Shown here piece by piece: positions 29,137-32,000 of a stretch of DNA of 32,000 nucleotides. The stretch comes from Enterobacterales bacterium endosymbiont of Anomoneura mori (GTDB lineage Bacteria; Pseudomonadota; Gammaproteobacteria; Enterobacterales; Enterobacteriaceae_A). The stretch is taken from the NCBI RefSeq assembly GCF_047159375.1, contig NZ_AP031381.1, positions 90,001-122,000 on the forward strand. The letters run 5' to 3'. The notes under the pieces are model-generated. The model ran no database searches. It had not been told where the DNA came from and was given only the letters and a program-made list of their open reading frames with translations. A program made the position numbers and the translations under genes. How positions within the stretch are numbered: position 1 is the first letter of the stretch; every line of letters starts with the position of its first letter.

Positions 29137-30474
29137 TTAACATTTTAAATTTGTTTTTTTAATTACAGAATTATACTGATTTGACATTAATAATGATTGA
29201 ATTTGAGAAATAAATTCCATAATAACTAAAGTTACTATTAATATTGAAGTTCCATTTAAATATAAAGATATATTAAATATTTTAAATATTTCTGGAAATA
29301 AACAAACAATAATTATATAAATAGAACCTAATATATTTAAACGTGATATTATATTATTAATATATTTTTCAGTTTTTATACCAGGTCTAATACCATATAT
29401 ATAAGCATTTGATTTTTTTAAATTATTTGCAGTTTCTTTAGAATTAAAAAATAATGATATATTTAAAAAATTAAAAATTAAAATAAAATTTATATATAAT
29501 AATACATAAATTAATTTACCAGGTTTTAAATATAAAATAATATTTTTAATTAATATTAAATTATTAAATTTAATTAATAAAAAAGATATTAAATTAATTA
29601 AAAATAAAACAAAACTTGTAGAAAATATAACAGGTGTTATTCCTGCAATATTAATTTTTAATGGTAAATAAATATTTTGTAAAGTATAAAATTTATTTTT
29701 AATTTGATTACTTTTATAATTTACAGATATACGACGTTGTGAACATTCAATAAAAATAATAAATAAAACAAATAAAAATAATAAAAAAATATATAAAATA
29801 ATTTTTAAAAAAATTAAATTTTTTAATTGTTCTTGAAATATATTATTAATTGAAATTGGAATGTTAAATAATATTCCTAAACAAATAATTATAGAAATTC
29901 CATTTCCAATACCATTTTCATTAATTTTTTCACCTAACCACATTAATAACATAGAACCAGTTACTAAACTTATTAAGATAATTAAATTTAATAAAAAATT
30001 ATTATAAATAACAAAATTTTTTAAAAAAATAAATTTATTTAAATTTAATAAAATAATAATTGATTGTATTAATGAAATTATAAATGTTAAATAACGAATA
30101 AATTGGTTAATTTTATTATTAATATTATATGAATTTTTATATTTTTTTTTAAAATTAGGATAAATAAAATTAATAATTTGTACAATAATTGTAGATGATA
30201 TATATGGAGTTAAACCTAAAAAAAATATTGAAAAATTATTAATATTATTTTTTAAAAATATATTAAAATTTTCAAATATATTAAAATTATTATTTTTTAA
30301 TAAAAAATCATTTATAAAATAAATATTAAAACCTGGAATTGGTATAAAATTACCAATACGAAAAATTATTAAAATACAAATTAAAAATAAAATTTTATTT
30401 TTTAAATAAAAAAATTTATTATTATAATTTTTAAATATATTTTTAATTTTTTCAGTTTTCAATTTTTCCTCCAT
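29137..30474 (-). CDS. secY: Protein translocase subunit SecY
   Basis: 445 aa (E. coli 443) with a multi-span hydrophobic profile. [46 protein letters not shown] and GIRPG are present. ATG 30474 overlaps the rplO 3' end by 23 nt. An alternative TTG at 30462, preceded by GGAGG, is possible. Confidence 0.9.
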   Translation of the reverse strand: MEEKLKTEKIKNIFKNYNNKFFYLKNKILFLICILIIFRIGNFIPIPGFNIYFINDFLLKNNNFNIFENFNIFLKNNINNFSIFFLGLTPYISSTIIVQIINFIYPNFKKKYKNSYNINNKINQFIRYLTFIISLIQSIIILLNLNKFIFLKNFVIYNNFLLNLIILISLVTGSMLLMWLGEKINENGIGNGISIIICLGILFNIPISINNIFQEQLKNLIFLKIILYIFLLFLFVLFIIFIECSQRRISVNYKSNQIKNKFYTLQNIYLPLKINIAGITPVIFSTSFVLFLINLISFLLIKFNNLILIKNIILYLKPGKLIYVLLYINFILIFNFLNISLFFNSKETANNLKKSNAYIYGIRPGIKTEKYINNIISRLNILGSIYIIIVCLFPEIFKIFNISLYLNGTSILIVTLVIMEFISQIQSLLMSNQYNSVIKKTNLKC

Positions 30475-30883
30475 TTTTTTTTAAAATATTCTGTGCACCT
30501 TTTGTAATAAATAAATTAATAATTTTAAATGGTTTAATTATTTTTCCATTATGAATAATTTTAACAAATTTTATTTTTTTGTCAACTATTTTATATTTTT
30601 TTAAAATAAATAAATTTATATATTTTTCTTTTATTTTATTTAATTCATATAAACGAATTTCTTTTTTAATTAATTTTTTTTTTGAAATAAAACCGAATTT
30701 TGGTAAACGTTTATATAATGGTGTTTGACCACCTTCAAATCCTCTTTTAAAATTATTTCCTGAACGTGATTTTTGACCTTTATGTCCTCGACCACAAGTT
30801 TTTCCTAAACCAGATCCTATTCCTCTACCACAACGTTTTTTTTTTTTGTATTTATTAATTAAAATAAAATTATTTAAATACAT
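30452..30883 (-). CDS. rplO: 50S ribosomal protein L15
   Basis: 143 aa. [44 protein letters not shown] are present. It ends in a TGA stop. GGAG within the rpmD 3' end serves as the SD. Confidence 0.93.
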   Translation of the reverse strand: MYLNNFILINKYKKKKRCGRGIGSGLGKTCGRGHKGQKSRSGNNFKRGFEGGQTPLYKRLPKFGFISKKKLIKKEIRLYELNKIKEKYINLFILKKYKIVDKKIKFVKIIHNGKIIKPFKIINLFITKGAQNILKKNGGKIEN

Positions 30884-30885
30884 AA

Positions 30886-31065
30886 TTACTCCAAAATTTT
30901 TATCATATAATATATAAGTTTTATCATTCCATTAATAGATTCAGTTTTTTTTATTTTAATAATTTTATTTATACGACCTAACCCTAAACTTATTAATGTT
31001 GCTTTATGTTTTGGTTTTTTCCCTATTGAACTTTTAATTTGTTTAATTTTAATTATTTTACTCAT
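30886..31065 (-). CDS. rpmD: 50S ribosomal protein L30 (not in ORF track)
   Basis: Hand translation gives [60 protein letters not shown]. coli L30 is [65 protein letters not shown] lies upstream. Confidence 0.9.
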   Translation of the reverse strand: MSKIIKIKQIKSSIGKKPKHKATLISLGLGRINKIIKIKKTESINGMIKLIYYMIKILE

Positions 31066-31083
31066 TTTATATTCCTTAAATTA

Positions 31084-31566
31084 TTAAATTATTTTTCCTC
31101 TTTTATCAGAAATATATTTTAAAGTTTTCATGTTAGATAAAGCTTTAATAGTTGCTTTAACTACATTAATAGGATTAGTTGATCCATATGTTTTTGCTAA
31201 AACATTATTAATTCCAACAACTTCTAATACAGCACGCATTGCACCACCTGCAATTATTCCAGTTCCTTCTGAAGCAGGTTTCATAAATACAATAGATTTA
31301 ATATATTTACTTTTAATAGAGTGTTGTAAAGTATTTTTTTTTAATGTTATATTTATTATATTACGTTGAGCTTTTTTTGTAGCTTTTTTAATTGCTAAAG
31401 GAACTTCTTTAGATTTTCCATATCCAAAACCAACTTTTCCTTTACCATTTCCTATTACAACAAGAGCTGTAAAACTAAACACTCTACCACCTTTAACAGT
31501 TTTTGAAACACGATTAACATTAATTAATTTTTCTTTAAATTCAAAAGATTTTTTTTCTTTATTCAT
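31084..31566 (-). CDS. rpsE: 30S ribosomal protein S5
   Basis: 160 aa. [68 protein letters not shown] and [12 protein letters not shown] are present. Confidence 0.95.
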   Translation of the reverse strand: MNKEKKSFEFKEKLINVNRVSKTVKGGRVFSFTALVVIGNGKGKVGFGYGKSKEVPLAIKKATKKAQRNIINITLKKNTLQHSIKSKYIKSIVFMKPASEGTGIIAGGAMRAVLEVVGINNVLAKTYGSTNPINVVKATIKALSNMKTLKYISDKRGKII

Positions 31567-31575
31567 TTAAATTCC

Positions 31576-31923
31576 TTAAAAAATTAAACCTGATTCACGG
31601 GCAGCTTCTGCTAAAGCTTTAATTCTACCATGATATTTATATCCAGATTTATCAAAAATAACATTTTCTATTCCATTTTTAATACAACGTTTTGCTATAA
31701 TTTTACCAATTATTGCTGCAGCATATTTATTTCCAGTATAATTAATATTTTTATTAATTTTTTTTTCTAAAGTTGATGCAGATAATAATGTTTTATTTTT
31801 AAAAATTATTTGTGCATATATATTACGAGAAGTACGAAATACTACTAATCTAATTTTTTTTAATTTTTTATTTTTTATACGAGATAAACAAGCGCGTTTT
31901 AAACGTGAAATTTTTTTATACAT
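31576..31923 (-). CDS. rplR: 50S ribosomal protein L18
   Basis: 115 aa. [58 protein letters not shown] are present. Confidence 0.93.
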   Translation of the reverse strand: MYKKISRLKRACLSRIKNKKLKKIRLVVFRTSRNIYAQIIFKNKTLLSASTLEKKINKNINYTGNKYAAAIIGKIIAKRCIKNGIENVIFDKSGYKYHGRIKALAEAARESGLIF

Positions 31924-31925
31924 TT

Positions 31926-32000
31926 TTATTTTTTTTTAGTTTCTTTTAATTTAATTATTTCATTATAATAACGTATTCCTTTACCTTTATATGAATCTGG
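31926..32000 (-). CDS. rplF: 50S ribosomal protein L6, 3' end only (gene continues beyond window)
   Basis: The minus-strand frame reads [24 protein letters not shown], matching the E. coli L6 C-terminus [23 protein letters not shown]. It sits upstream of rplR, as in the spc operon. Confidence 0.8.
   Translation of the reverse strand, partial: PDSYKGKGIRYYNEIIKLKETKKK

Noticed and set aside
30452-30454. Possibility of an alternative genetic code (UGA=Trp), as in some tiny symbiont genomes
   Set aside because: TGA ends rplO at the expected length (143 aa against ~144 in E. coli). Conserved Trp residues (e.g. hemC LALWQ, tgt HLWLRPG) are TGG. No gene requires read-through of TGA.
31130-31369. 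79-aa + strand ORF inside rpsE
   Set aside because: It is antisense to the highly conserved S5 coding sequence and is a chance open frame.

Overview
This window is a contiguous, gene-dense piece of an extremely A+T-rich, strongly reduced gammaproteobacterial genome. By eye G+C is well under 20%, and the spacers are almost free of G/C. Protein sequences and local synteny are Enterobacterales-like, as in obligate insect endosymbionts. I cannot name the organism from the sequence alone.

I can support 35 protein genes (2 truncated by the window edges) and 2 tRNAs, all housekeeping:
- ackA-pta, tgt, hemC, tRNA-Trp, ybeY, iscSUA
- cysG-cysDNC, ssb, tktA, fbaA
- secA, rsmH, glyQS, hslVU, rpmE, tRNA-Glu, rpoZ
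- the alpha r-protein operon (rpsM-rpsK-rpsD-rpoA-rplQ) and the distal spc operon (rplF-rplR-rpsE-rpmD-rplO-secY-rpmJ)

rpmJ and rpmD are missing from the ORF track and were found by hand translation. The genetic code looks standard: conserved Trp is TGG, and TGA ends rplO at the expected length.

I see no mobile element, CRISPR array, defence or toxin module, or unassigned long ORF. I therefore do not claim a novel multi-gene system here.

The most unusual signals are:
1. An in-frame 60-bp tandem repeat plus an A23 tract gives ribosomal protein S11 (rpsK) an N-terminal Lys/Asn-rich extension of about 80 residues.
2. rsmH lies directly next to secA, with a 91-bp A/T spacer where the E. coli gene order carries the whole dcw cell-wall/division cluster.
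3. SecA lacks its C-terminal zinc/SecB-binding tail.
4. Operons are stripped down: iscSUA lacks iscR and hscBA-fdx, hemC lacks hemD, and tktA-fbaA lacks epd-pgk.
5. Two orphan tRNAs sit 26-27 nt upstream of small protein genes.

Limits: no searches or computations were run. Homology calls rest on remembered E. coli sequences and motifs, and promoter and terminator calls in near-pure A/T DNA are weak.
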